A stretch of 64,000 nucleotides of DNA from Verrucomicrobiota bacterium (GCA_049510745.1 JBEKYR010000022.1:1-64000); one strand, 5' to 3'; shown: positions 39,214-48,897, numbered from the stretch's first letter. Numbers and translations are program-made. The notes: generated by a model not told the origin, from the letters alone.

Positions 39214-40395
39214 CTATTTGGTTATTGTTCTATCTCTATTAAGTTCAGCGCCGATCAACGCTGTCACAGCATCATCAATTGCTTTTTTGTACTTGTCGCC
39301 AGGCCCAACTTTTTCAGGTGCAATCCCATTGATACGAGTGAAAACGTCTTGCCAGCCAGAAGAACCATCCACTCCAACGGACCCTACATCGCAACTTATT
39401 GTCAAGACATCTTCCATATTCCTAAAATTGCTGTGAAAAATGACACTAAACTTCCAATTAACATTTGTGCGGAGATTAAGTTCTTCAACGGCGATGTTTG
39501 TCTCTGTTTCCCAGTCAATCACAAGCGGCAGTCCGTGATAATTCTCTTCCAGTGAATCCATTTTTAATTTTGCGACATTGTCCATTGCTGTGTTCAAAGC
39601 GGTGATAGCATATTGAAAAGCAGCGACATGTTCTTGATGGTTGAAGTGAAATGTTCTTATTTGTTTGTCATGGTCGAGCTGGATCGTTGCACGCTTATCT
39701 CGATATTTTCCAATCATGCCTTCTTCCCAAGTTTTCAAATTCGTGCTTTCGGATTTTATGTCTTGCAAGCGTCTATCAACATCAATAACGTTGTTCCGTA
39801 AATCTGGCGAAGCCAACGGATTGTTTGCGATTGCGTCTCGAATCCCTTGCTCTGTCGCGGAAAGATTACTAATAAGCATATCCTGAACGTCTATTCTTTC
39901 CATGAGCTTTTTTTCTCCCGCGCTTATAGGCGGCGGGGAATGTTGTTTGCGATATTGACCGGCAATGCCGTGCCGACTAAGCATAGAAATGCTTCCCCAT
40001 ATAGCTATAATGGCAAATATACGGATGCCGATATTTACCCGTTTTATACGCAGCCAAATCCAAATAGCATGAGATGCAAAACAAAGAGCCGCACCCCAAC
40101 AAATACATGCGCCTACAATGCTTGATTCCAGTCCACTCATTGCATATCCTTGGGCAACAAGGGCCGAAATAACTGCAAAAAGCAAATCTCTCGTATATGG
40201 CCCCAAGCCAGTCCCAGGGGTGGTTCGTTCACCTTGCGGCTCCGGTGAATTATTTGGCGCTGGCGCGGTGGGGGCTGGCGTTGTTGGTGGCGCTGGCGGT
40301 GCGGTGCTTGATGGCCCGGAAGTTGCCTGAGCATCAGGCGCGCTTGGTCTGCCCAAGAGCTTGTCTTCTTCACCCATAAAGCCCAAGATTGACAT
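39214..40395 (-). CDS. Hypothetical membrane protein, low GC (Pro-rich N-terminus, three TM helices, coiled-coil-like region)
   Basis: 393-aa ORF in visibly AT-richer DNA; start may be 40377. Confidence 0.7.
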   Translation of the reverse strand: MSILGFMGEEDKLLGRPSAPDAQATSGPSSTAPPAPPTTPAPTAPAPNNSPEPQGERTTPGTGLGPYTRDLLFAVISALVAQGYAMSGLESSIVGACICWGAALCFASHAIWIWLRIKRVNIGIRIFAIIAIWGSISMLSRHGIAGQYRKQHSPPPISAGEKKLMERIDVQDMLISNLSATEQGIRDAIANNPLASPDLRNNVIDVDRRLQDIKSESTNLKTWEEGMIGKYRDKRATIQLDHDKQIRTFHFNHQEHVAAFQYAITALNTAMDNVAKLKMDSLEENYHGLPLVIDWETETNIAVEELNLRTNVNWKFSVIFHSNFRNMEDVLTISCDVGSVGVDGSSGWQDVFTRINGIAPEKVGPGDKYKKAIDDAVTALIGAELNRDRTITK

Positions 40396-40460
40396 GTGAA
40401 GTTCACGGCGTAAAGCTGAAAATTACTTATGTGGAGGGGATAATTCCGAAACTTTTTATT

Positions 40461-40500
40461 TTAGCTCCGTTTTACTCCGTTTTAGTCCGTCTTACTCCGT
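40461..40500. repeat. 10-bp tandem repeat TTTACTCCGT-like x4 overlapping the stop of the gp27-like gene
   Basis: ttagctccgt tttactccgt tttagtccgt cttactccgt. Confidence 0.8.
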
Positions 40501-41190
40501 TTTGGCTGGGTCAAAGCCGGCTTCTTTTGCGGCTTGGAGGAGGAGTTTGCGGTGTTGCAGGTTCATGGTTTCGGCGTTGGGGCCCGACCAGGTTTGGCTG
40601 ACCGGGTCGAAGGTGTTGGCTTCCGCCGAGCCGGCGACGCCAAGGAGATCGTTGATGGATTCGTCTTGTTCGTCGTCGGTGAGGGGCCGGTCAAGGCAGG
40701 GCTGGCCGGCTGCGGCTGGGTGATGGAGGCGATGATGGAGGGCGACGGTGGCGAACTGGTAGCGGCGAAGGGAGGCGAAGCTGAGGCGGAATTGGCGCCA
40801 AAGGTTGGCAAGCTGATCGGGGTCTGCGATGGCGTTCTGGGTTCGCTTCATTTGCGCGAGCATCTGTGAGGCAAAGAGAGTAGCCATGCGGTCAATCAAG
40901 CCGCCTTGCAGTTCCGTGAGTCTATCGGCGGGAAGTTGGTTGATGCGGTGGAACATATCCTGAGCCATGCGTTCGGCTTTCCATTCCTGGTGGCCGCCTG
41001 CGCGCCATTCGTTGAGGTTGTCTTCGGTAACGGGGCGGCCTTCAAAGTCCTGGTCGAGGATGGCTTTGACTGAGGGATCGGAGTTGAGCCAGTCGGCAAT
41101 GGGTCTTGAGGGTTCGCCTTGTTGGAGGCGGGTGTTGACTTGTTCGCGGATGGCCAGCGGGAGCCGGGCGATTTTACCTATGCGTGACAT
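40492..41190 (-). CDS. Phage Mu gp27/DUF3486-like protein (putative small terminase or DNA-binding protein)
   Basis: MSRIGKIARLPLAIREQVNTRL...IADWLN...NLNEW resembles the gp27 N-terminus; family call is inference. Confidence 0.6.
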   Translation of the reverse strand: MSRIGKIARLPLAIREQVNTRLQQGEPSRPIADWLNSDPSVKAILDQDFEGRPVTEDNLNEWRAGGHQEWKAERMAQDMFHRINQLPADRLTELQGGLIDRMATLFASQMLAQMKRTQNAIADPDQLANLWRQFRLSFASLRRYQFATVALHHRLHHPAAAGQPCLDRPLTDDEQDESINDLLGVAGSAEANTFDPVSQTWSGPNAETMNLQHRKLLLQAAKEAGFDPAKTE

Positions 41191-41211
41191 AAGTTTCTTT
41201 GCAGGCAGATG

Positions 41212-42780
41212 TTACAAAAAATCGGAGTTTGGTTTTTGGGGGACGTAGTGGCGGTCGCGCATTCTCTCTTCTTCGAAGTGAGCGGCTGTGGGGATTATGC
41301 CGAGCGGGTACGGCCAGCCGTCGCCGTAAAGGGCGTGGTGGGGGTTGATATTGATGCCCGCCACGGAGACGGTGGCGCAAAGGTTCGTGGCCGCGCGCCA
41401 GGCGAGGGCGAGGGCGGTGCAGCGGTCGGCGTGGCCGTCGTCAGTGTGGGCGGCCCGATAGGAGACGTAACCGGAATTGGAGCAGACAAGGACAACGCTG
41501 TGGAGGTCTTCGCGGATGGCGCGGGAGACGGGGATACGGAGTTTATGTTTGGCGAAGGCGTCGCGCAGGTTGGCGAAGAGGGCGCATTTAACGGGGGCGG
41601 TGAAGGAGAGGAGTTCAATTTTGCCGAATTTATGTTGAGGAGGATTCCATTGGCCGAAAAGCTTGACGAGGTAATCGCCCAGACCGATGCCAGGTCCGGT
41701 GTAATCAAAGCAAACGCGGTGGACGCGCCTGATTCTGCGGGAGAGAATATCGACCTGGTCTTGGGTGGGAGTTTTGGAGAGTTCAAGAACTTCGACGGTG
41801 TGCTCGACGTCGCCCACAGTGGCGGTGGTCCAGGCGACGGTGAGGTTGCGTTTTCTGCCGAAATCGATGCCCATCTTGAGATTTGCGTTTACAGATGTTT
41901 CCCAGAAATCGGGCGGACAGAAAGCGGTGGCATCGAGGCTTTCACATTGGGCGATGAGGTCGTAAGGGAGGAGGATGCTTTGGGCGTCGAGGAATAGGCA
42001 TTCGAACTCCTGATCCCAGCCATCCGGGTCGTCGAGGGCGGATTTGAGGTCTGGAATGTGGATATCGAGGCCGTTGCGGACGGCTTCGCGGATGGGGACG
42101 AAATGGCAGGACCAGATGGGGGAAATAGTTGAAGTTTGAATTAGTGATTTGTTGAGTGGGGCAGTCAGTTTTCCCCCGGCATTCACTGATTCACTAATTC
42201 TCACTTCACTAATTCGTTTGTAGTTCTTGATCCAGAGGTCGTGGGCTTTGTTGCCGATGCCGTTGGGGGTGGTGATGAGGCGGACTTTTTTGACGCCGCC
42301 GCGCAGGGGATTTGTGATGGCGGGGAGAATGGCGCGCCAGGTGGCGTCGGGGTTTTCGAAAAAGGCGAACTCAGAAAGAAGCACGTTGGCGCTGTAGCCG
42401 CGGACGGTGTCGGGCTTGCCGGGGACGGCGATCACGCGCGAACCCTTGGGAAAAGTGATAGTGGCCGAGTGGAGAAGGGCTTCCGGGCCGCCGTCGCGGT
42501 TCTCGTGATAGTTGTGGATGGCGGCATTGAAGGTATTGGCCCAGGACTTCCATTTTTCAAGGCTTTCAAGGGATTGTCGTTCGGAAGGAGCGGCAATGAG
42601 CCAGGTGGTGGGTTTGCGGGAGGCTTCGGCTTGGATGCAATCAAGGATGCCTTCGTAGGCTGCGGAGAAGTCTTTGCCGACCTGGCGAGCCATGAGGCCG
42701 AATTTCCAGCGAGAGGAGTCGTCCACCCATTTTTGCTGGTAGGGGAGGAGTTTTTTGCGGAGATTTGCGGTGATGGTCAT
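41212..42780 (-). CDS. Terminase large subunit, Mu gp28-like
   Basis: LLPYQQKW, ARQVGKDF (Walker A), VLLSEFAF (Walker B variant), ITTPNG, QEFEC.F, GIDFGR, DYTGPG, HADRCTAL. Confidence 0.9.
   Translation of the reverse strand: MTITANLRKKLLPYQQKWVDDSSRWKFGLMARQVGKDFSAAYEGILDCIQAEASRKPTTWLIAAPSERQSLESLEKWKSWANTFNAAIHNYHENRDGGPEALLHSATITFPKGSRVIAVPGKPDTVRGYSANVLLSEFAFFENPDATWRAILPAITNPLRGGVKKVRLITTPNGIGNKAHDLWIKNYKRISEVRISESVNAGGKLTAPLNKSLIQTSTISPIWSCHFVPIREAVRNGLDIHIPDLKSALDDPDGWDQEFECLFLDAQSILLPYDLIAQCESLDATAFCPPDFWETSVNANLKMGIDFGRKRNLTVAWTTATVGDVEHTVEVLELSKTPTQDQVDILSRRIRRVHRVCFDYTGPGIGLGDYLVKLFGQWNPPQHKFGKIELLSFTAPVKCALFANLRDAFAKHKLRIPVSRAIREDLHSVVLVCSNSGYVSYRAAHTDDGHADRCTALALAWRAATNLCATVSVAGININPHHALYGDGWPYPLGIIPTAAHFEEERMRDRHYVPQKPNSDFL
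42122..42215. repeat. Palindromic repeat element inserted in frame in the terminase gene
   Basis: gaaatagttgaagtttgaattagtga matches 57781-57806 at 23/26; the other end is made of ttcactga/ttcactaa units. Confidence 0.7.
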
Positions 42781-42852
42781 AGGGGGGGTTGTTGGAGGGG
42801 CCCCGGCCGGTTGCCGATTTCCTTCACCGCATATTGGCGCTTTAGCGTCATG

Positions 42853-42889
42853 GTGTTATCCGATAACACATATTACGGGGTGATGTCAA
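42853..42889 (-). promoter_or_regulatory. Putative promoter/operator of the terminase cassette
   Basis: Perfect palindrome GTGTTATC-C-GATAACAC (42853-42869); TTGACA at 42889-42884 on the minus strand; -10 unclear. Confidence 0.5.
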
Positions 42890-42920
42890 GCGATAATCTG
42901 TTACTAAATAACAATTTTCA

Positions 42921-43245
42921 AAATGGACCCCGAAAGGGCTGAAGAAAGGGACGGAAAGGACCAAAAGGACAGACACGGACGGACACGGACGGACACGGAC
43001 GAATGGACCGCGGAATGGACCGCGAATAGGCTGAAAAAGGGAACGGAAGGGATGGGGATTATGATTACGATGAGGAAAAGGACGGAAGGGACGGAAAGGG
43101 CCAATAGGACGGACACGGACGGACACGGACGGGCACGGACGGACACGGACGGGCACGGACAAATGGACCGCGAAAAGGCTGAAGAAGGGGACGGAAAGGA
43201 CGGGGATTACGATTACGATGAGGAAAAGGACGGAAGGGACGGAAA
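42921..43245. repeat. Mosaic purine-rich repeat array (blocks A-B-A-C-B-A-C)
   Basis: A=aatggaccgcgaa..ggctgaa.aa.gg.acggaa (42921, ~43013, 43161); B=(ggacacggac)n (~42967, ~43107); C=ggggatta.gattacgatgaggaaaaggacggaagggacggaaa (43054, 43202). Confidence 0.92.
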
Positions 43246-43313
43246 CAGGCGCTTTCGCACGTCGGCACGGCTAATGCTCTCTCAATGGCATGATATCAGT
43301 GAGGAGTCATCAA

Positions 43314-43484
43314 ATGGGGGCATCCGGGGTGATCCAGGCCGTGGGACTGGTGGCGCTGATTGGGTTCATCTACCGGCATTTCGGACCGCAGGCACAGGGG
43401 CCGGTGACGCCATCGGTCGTCGCCGTTATGGCCACCGGGGTGATTTTGTTGCTTTGGCCGATGAGCTTGAAGACAAGGCACTAA
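43314..43484 (+). CDS. Small two-TM membrane protein
   Basis: GAGGAG RBS at 43301-43306; 56 aa with two hydrophobic segments and a basic tail. Confidence 0.55.
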   Translation: MGASGVIQAVGLVALIGFIYRHFGPQAQGPVTPSVVAVMATGVILLLWPMSLKTRH

Positions 43485-43512
43485 CGCATGGGCGGGAATG
43501 TCCGGCGTGGGC

Positions 43513-44676
43513 CTATTTTTGCATTTCGGTCGCGTGATGGTATTCGATTAAACTAAAGAGCAAGGCTGCGACTCCAAAAAAGAGAAGCGGGGCGATAACC
43601 AGGGCGGCAATGGCGGTCGCCACGCCGCCGGGTTGCCAGTCATAAGTTCCCTGAAGTGCCGCATTGTGGGACAAGAGTGTCTTGATATGGCGCATGAGGG
43701 AGAGGGTGTTGATATTGGTGGGGATGCGGCCGATGCCCATTTCGACAATCGCGCCATAGACCAGGGCGGCGGCCATGAACCGGCTGGTGACTTGTCCGAA
43801 CAGCACGCCCAGCGCGCTCCAGGCCGGGATGGCCAGAAACTGGACCGCCAAGAGCAGCGGCAGCAGCGCGCCCAATGCGGGAATTTGCCGCGCCTCACCG
43901 ACCGCGAACAGAAGGAGCGTTTCCAACAGGAGGAGGATTTCCAGCCAGGCCGTCTGCGCCAGGTACTTGGCCAGCAGGAGCCGCGCGCGGCTGACTGGGC
44001 GCGTGATGAGAAAACCGAGGGTGTCGGCCTGCAATTCATCGCGAATGAGCGCGCCGGACCCGCGCACGCAGGTCAGGGGCAGGATGATGAAAAAGTAGAA
44101 ATCGACCAGCCAATGATAAAACGGGGCCGTCCGCCCCCAGGAAGGGGCCGGCTCGTTGAGGCGGGCGACGATGGCGGGGCGGTTTTTTTTCTCGAAATCC
44201 TGGAACTCGGCCAACTGCTTGGCGTTCAGCATCAGTTGCGCGCGGGTCACCATTCGTTCGCCGCAGGCGTCGATCTGGTCTTTGAGGCGTTGCGTCCTGG
44301 ACTCGGCGCTTTCGCCCGGCTGCTCCTGAAAAGAATTCCCGGCCCGCGCGTATTCCTCGGCCAGGATGACTTTGAGCTGCGCCCTTTGTTGGGGGGAGAG
44401 CGGGAACCCCTTGCGGGCCAGGCGGCGGCCGAAACTGGTGACCTGGGCGCCGGCGTCGCCAAAGGCCAGTTGCCGCCGCGCCCAACTCGTCGGCGAGGCG
44501 GTCGTCAGCAGCACCAGGGCGGGCAGCACGAGCATCGCCCCCGCCAGCCCCGCCAGGCGCCGCCAGTTCCACTGCGCCTTCCACGTCAGCAGCCAGACGC
44601 CGCGCAGGACGGCGAAAAAGCCGGGAAGCGGCGGTGGGGGCGGAGGGGAGGGCGGGGAGGGCGGGCCGGGGTTCAT
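43513..44676 (-). CDS. ABC-2 type permease
   Basis: IRDELQADTLGFLITRPVSRARLLLAKYL; multiple TM helices. Confidence 0.87.
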   Translation of the reverse strand: MNPGPPSPPSPPPPPPLPGFFAVLRGVWLLTWKAQWNWRRLAGLAGAMLVLPALVLLTTASPTSWARRQLAFGDAGAQVTSFGRRLARKGFPLSPQQRAQLKVILAEEYARAGNSFQEQPGESAESRTQRLKDQIDACGERMVTRAQLMLNAKQLAEFQDFEKKNRPAIVARLNEPAPSWGRTAPFYHWLVDFYFFIILPLTCVRGSGALIRDELQADTLGFLITRPVSRARLLLAKYLAQTAWLEILLLLETLLLFAVGEARQIPALGALLPLLLAVQFLAIPAWSALGVLFGQVTSRFMAAALVYGAIVEMGIGRIPTNINTLSLMRHIKTLLSHNAALQGTYDWQPGGVATAIAALVIAPLLFFGVAALLFSLIEYHHATEMQK

Positions 44677-45599
44677 GCCGTGACCTTATCGTAGATGTTT
44701 TGCAGGGAACGGCTGCGGCCGCGAAGGCCGTAAATGGCGGCGCCGCTGGCCAGGAGCAGGCCGGTCCATTGCTCGTAGAACGAGGCGGCGTCGCGCACGC
44801 GGATGCGCAGGCGGCCATTCTCCGGGTCGAGGTCGAAGCCGGCCAAAACGCCGGCGTCGAAGAGACGGCGGAGGAGCATTTCCGGGGAGTCGCACTCGAT
44901 CTCCAGTTCCTCGGACCAATTGCGGATGTCGGAGCGGATTTCTTTTTGACTGCCGGAGGCGAGGATGCGGCCCCAATTGAGCAGGAGGATGCTTTTGCAG
45001 AGCGATTCCAATTCGGCCAGGATGTGGCTGGAGATGAGGATGCTGACGCCGGCGGAGGCGAGGTCCTTCAAGATGTGGGCGACTTCCTGGCGGCCCATCG
45101 GGTCCAGGCCGTTCATCGGTTCGTCCAGGACCAGGAGTTCGGGCCGGTGGAGCAGGCCCTGGGCGAGTTTGACGCGCTGTTTCATGCCCTTGGAATACTG
45201 GCCCATGCGCCTGCGCCAATGTTCGCGGGGCAAGTTCACCTCGTCCAGGACCGCTTCGGCGCGGGCGGCCGCCTCGCGGGGCGGGACGCCGGAGAGCAGC
45301 GCCAGGCCGCGCAGCCAATCTTTGGGCTGCAGGTCCTTGGGCACGGCCTCGCCTTCCGGGCAATAACCAATGCGCCGCAGCAAGGGGGGATTGTTCCAAG
45401 GCCGCCCGCCAAAGACGGTCAGGGCGCCGGAACTGGGCTGAAGCTGGCCGGTAATGATTTGGATGAGGGTGCTTTTGCCAGCGCCATTGGGGCCGACCAA
45501 GCCGGTCAGGCCCGGCTGGACCTCGAAGCTGACGTTGTTCAGCCCCATGACGATGCCGTACCAGCGGCTCAATTCGTGCGCCTGGATGAGAGGGGTCAT
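44673..45599 (-). CDS. ABC transporter ATP-binding protein
   Basis: GPNGAGKST, YSKGMKQR, LDEPMNGLD, SSH. Confidence 0.93.
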   Translation of the reverse strand: MTPLIQAHELSRWYGIVMGLNNVSFEVQPGLTGLVGPNGAGKSTLIQIITGQLQPSSGALTVFGGRPWNNPPLLRRIGYCPEGEAVPKDLQPKDWLRGLALLSGVPPREAAARAEAVLDEVNLPREHWRRRMGQYSKGMKQRVKLAQGLLHRPELLVLDEPMNGLDPMGRQEVAHILKDLASAGVSILISSHILAELESLCKSILLLNWGRILASGSQKEIRSDIRNWSEELEIECDSPEMLLRRLFDAGVLAGFDLDPENGRLRIRVRDAASFYEQWTGLLLASGAAIYGLRGRSRSLQNIYDKVTA

Positions 45600-46577
45600 T
45601 CGGGTGAAACACGTTCCACGACGACCCATCCGGCCAGGAGCAGCATCAACGCCAGCCCGGCCAGCGCGCCGCCCAGCATGGGATGATCCAGGGCGAACAT
45701 GGTTTCGGGCCGGATGTTGCGGAGCATTTCCCCGAAAATGGGGATGTTGTCCTGCGCCGTTTTCAAATCGTTGCCAAGCCGGAAGGAGGCCAGGCCGATC
45801 TGCTTCAAATCGTAAGTGAAGCTCAGGTGGCGCAGCCACGGTTTGGTTTGGAGGGCGATCGGCTGGATGACCCCGCCCAGCACCCACCACATGAACCAGA
45901 GCGCCGGGGTGGATTTTTCCCGGCTGGAAACGGCGGACACCCCCAGGGCCAGCGCGCTGAGGATGACCATGCTGCTCAGGACGTAAAGGAGGGCGTGGGC
46001 CAGCGCCACCCGCGCGTGCCAGAAGAAGCGCCAATCCGGCGCCAGCAAATTGCCCACCAGCCAGGCGCCGCACACCGGCCCCAGCCACGTCAGCGTCAAC
46101 AATCCGAACGCGACGCAGAATTTTCCCAGCAGATAATCGCCGCGCGTCACGGCCTTGGAGGCGTAAATGACCATGGCGTTGCTGGCCAAATCGCGGGTGA
46201 TCAGCGCCGGCATGGCCATGCCCAGGGCAAAAATGCTCAACGGCGTCGCATAGACGCAAAACAAATAGAAGAGAAGGTTCTGGGTCGTGCCGACGGAGAT
46301 TTCCGGGTGATCTTGCAGCCACGACGTGAGCATCCGGGCGAAGGACTGGAGGCCGGGATTCAATTGCGCCACCCACTTGACCACCATGCTGTCGGCCACC
46401 AGCAGTTGTCCGACCAGAAAGAGGAGGGCGGCCATGGCCAAACCCGCCAGCCAAGAGAGGGCGATGACGTTGCGCATGGCTTTGTTCTGCAAGGCGGCGG
46501 CCAGGCCGTTGCGGGCAATGACCCAGCGGCGCGCCCAGATGCCGACGTGCGCGCCGTCCCAATGCTGGTAATGGGTG

Positions 46578-46591
<14 letters not shown>
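45596..46591 (-). CDS. ABC-2 type permease
   Basis: LITRDLASNAMVIYASKAVTRGDYLLGK; TM helices. Confidence 0.87.
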
Positions 46592-47510
<919 letters not shown>

Positions 47511-47670
47511 GTTGCGCGGAGAATTTGGGAGCAAACCCGCGCTTTGGCCAGCGCAAAGTGACGCGGCGGAGCAACGCTGGCAGGCGGACTGGCCGGGAAG
47601 AGGAGCAGGATTAAGATGAGGAACCAAGACCGGCGCCGGGTCCCGGCGGCGGTGACGGTCGAGTCCGGTT

Positions 47671-48897
47671 CTACTGCGGGGGGGCGTTGGTGGAGTCGGG
47701 CAGCAATTCCAGGGGCGCGGCTTGCTCTTTCTTTTCTTCCTTCGAGTCTTCCGGCTTCTCCGCCTTCTTCTCGACCATGAGTTGCGCCCGGTCGCGAATA
47801 AGAGGATCAATCAGCCAGCCATTGACCAGGTAGGTCCACTGGCCCAGAGCCTGTTCGCGTTTGAGCTTGTCTTGCAGGGGCTTGTTCTTCTCCTGGAACT
47901 CCTTGTCCAGTTTCTTCTTGTCATCCGGCTTTTCGTCCTTGCCCGGCGTTCTCTCCGAGGGCAGGGCGCCGGCGACGCCCACCTTGAGGTGGTAATCGTT
48001 CTCCGGCGTTTTATTGCCGATGTCGAGCGTGTAGGTGAAATGATCGAAGGTCTCGATGCTCACGGCCAGCGGTTTGTCCATGCCGGTCTTGTCCGGGGCC
48101 GGGTCCGACGCCACATCGACAAAACTCGGGTAGCTCAGGGTGCCGGCGAGCGAAGCCACCTTGTTGGTGTCAAGAACCTCGCCGGGTTTGGGGTCGGCCA
48201 GAACCCAGGGGGCGGACTCGGACTCGCGGGTGAGTCTCCAGGAATTGGCCGCGTTGGTGGAAACGAACGCGATGGCCTGGGGTTTCTCGACCTTGAAAAA
48301 GTCCTTGTCCAGCCATTCGGCCGGTTTGGGGTCCAGATTATTCAGGGGGTCCGAGACGGTGAGAAGGTCCTGGGGATCGGTTTTGAGCATGACGTACCGT
48401 CCGTCGGGAAAGCCCTCGTCGCCAAAGCGCATGGGGGAGGGCCGCTCGGATTTCTGAACGTGTTTTTTGCCCAAAAGGAGCGATTGCAGCACGTTGCCTT
48501 GGGCGTCCTTGAATTCGACCAGCACGCCCGAGTCGGGTCCGCGGCCCGGCTCGGCCAGGTGCATGCGGGCCAACTGCGCGGCGGCAATCGGCTCGGATTG
48601 GACGATTTTCAAATCGCTGATTTTGAGCAGCAGTTCGCTGATCTGGGAAAAATTGGCGGGATAATTGCCCTTCTCCAGCACGCACCAGCCCTCCGCTTTC
48701 CGAGCCAGGGTCAGTTCGCTCTCGCCCTTGAGATGAATGGCGGCGACGTCGTTGACCTGGAAATTCTGCAACAACTTTTTCCCGGTCTGGCCGCCGGGCG
48801 CGGACCAGGATTGCTCGTTGCGCCGGAGCAGAAGCAGGCACGCCCCGCCGATAAAGGCCAGGGCCACCAAAAGCAGGAACAATTGTTTGCGATTCAT
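47671..48897 (-). CDS. DUF4340-like membrane-anchored protein
   Basis: N-terminal TM helix; LLLGKK...GRYV...WLDK; typical fourth gene of GldAFG-like operons. Confidence 0.75.
   Translation of the reverse strand: MNRKQLFLLLVALAFIGGACLLLLRRNEQSWSAPGGQTGKKLLQNFQVNDVAAIHLKGESELTLARKAEGWCVLEKGNYPANFSQISELLLKISDLKIVQSEPIAAAQLARMHLAEPGRGPDSGVLVEFKDAQGNVLQSLLLGKKHVQKSERPSPMRFGDEGFPDGRYVMLKTDPQDLLTVSDPLNNLDPKPAEWLDKDFFKVEKPQAIAFVSTNAANSWRLTRESESAPWVLADPKPGEVLDTNKVASLAGTLSYPSFVDVASDPAPDKTGMDKPLAVSIETFDHFTYTLDIGNKTPENDYHLKVGVAGALPSERTPGKDEKPDDKKKLDKEFQEKNKPLQDKLKREQALGQWTYLVNGWLIDPLIRDRAQLMVEKKAEKPEDSKEEKKEQAAPLELLPDSTNAPPQ

Larger units (their letters stand above)
39142..43250. mobile_element. Putative phage-derived island (terminase cassette plus low-GC gene plus repeat array); no integrase, portal or capsid
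   Basis: Terminase gene and composition shifts between the GH3 gene and the ABC cluster; boundaries approximate, no att sites found. Confidence 0.5.

Noticed and set aside
39138..41254. GTAGTGGCGG at 39138 and 41245 as att sites
   Set aside because: Only 10 bp, and the second copy lies inside the terminase gene; compatible with chance.
42921..43245. CRISPR array
   Set aside because: No constant repeat with unique spacers; the blocks are themselves tandem repeats; no cas genes.
39142..43250. Intact prophage
   Set aside because: No portal, capsid, tail, lysis, integrase or transposase genes.
42848..43537. ORFs 42923..43537, 42848..43162, 42904..43146, 43065..43268
   Set aside because: Open frames produced by the stop-poor repeat array; low-complexity translations.
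44673..46562. 629-aa version of the ABC ATPase, and the 908-aa version of DctQM at 59682..62408
   Set aside because: The N-terminal extensions are off-frame overlaps with upstream genes; starts at 45599 and 61544 give normal 4-bp overlaps.
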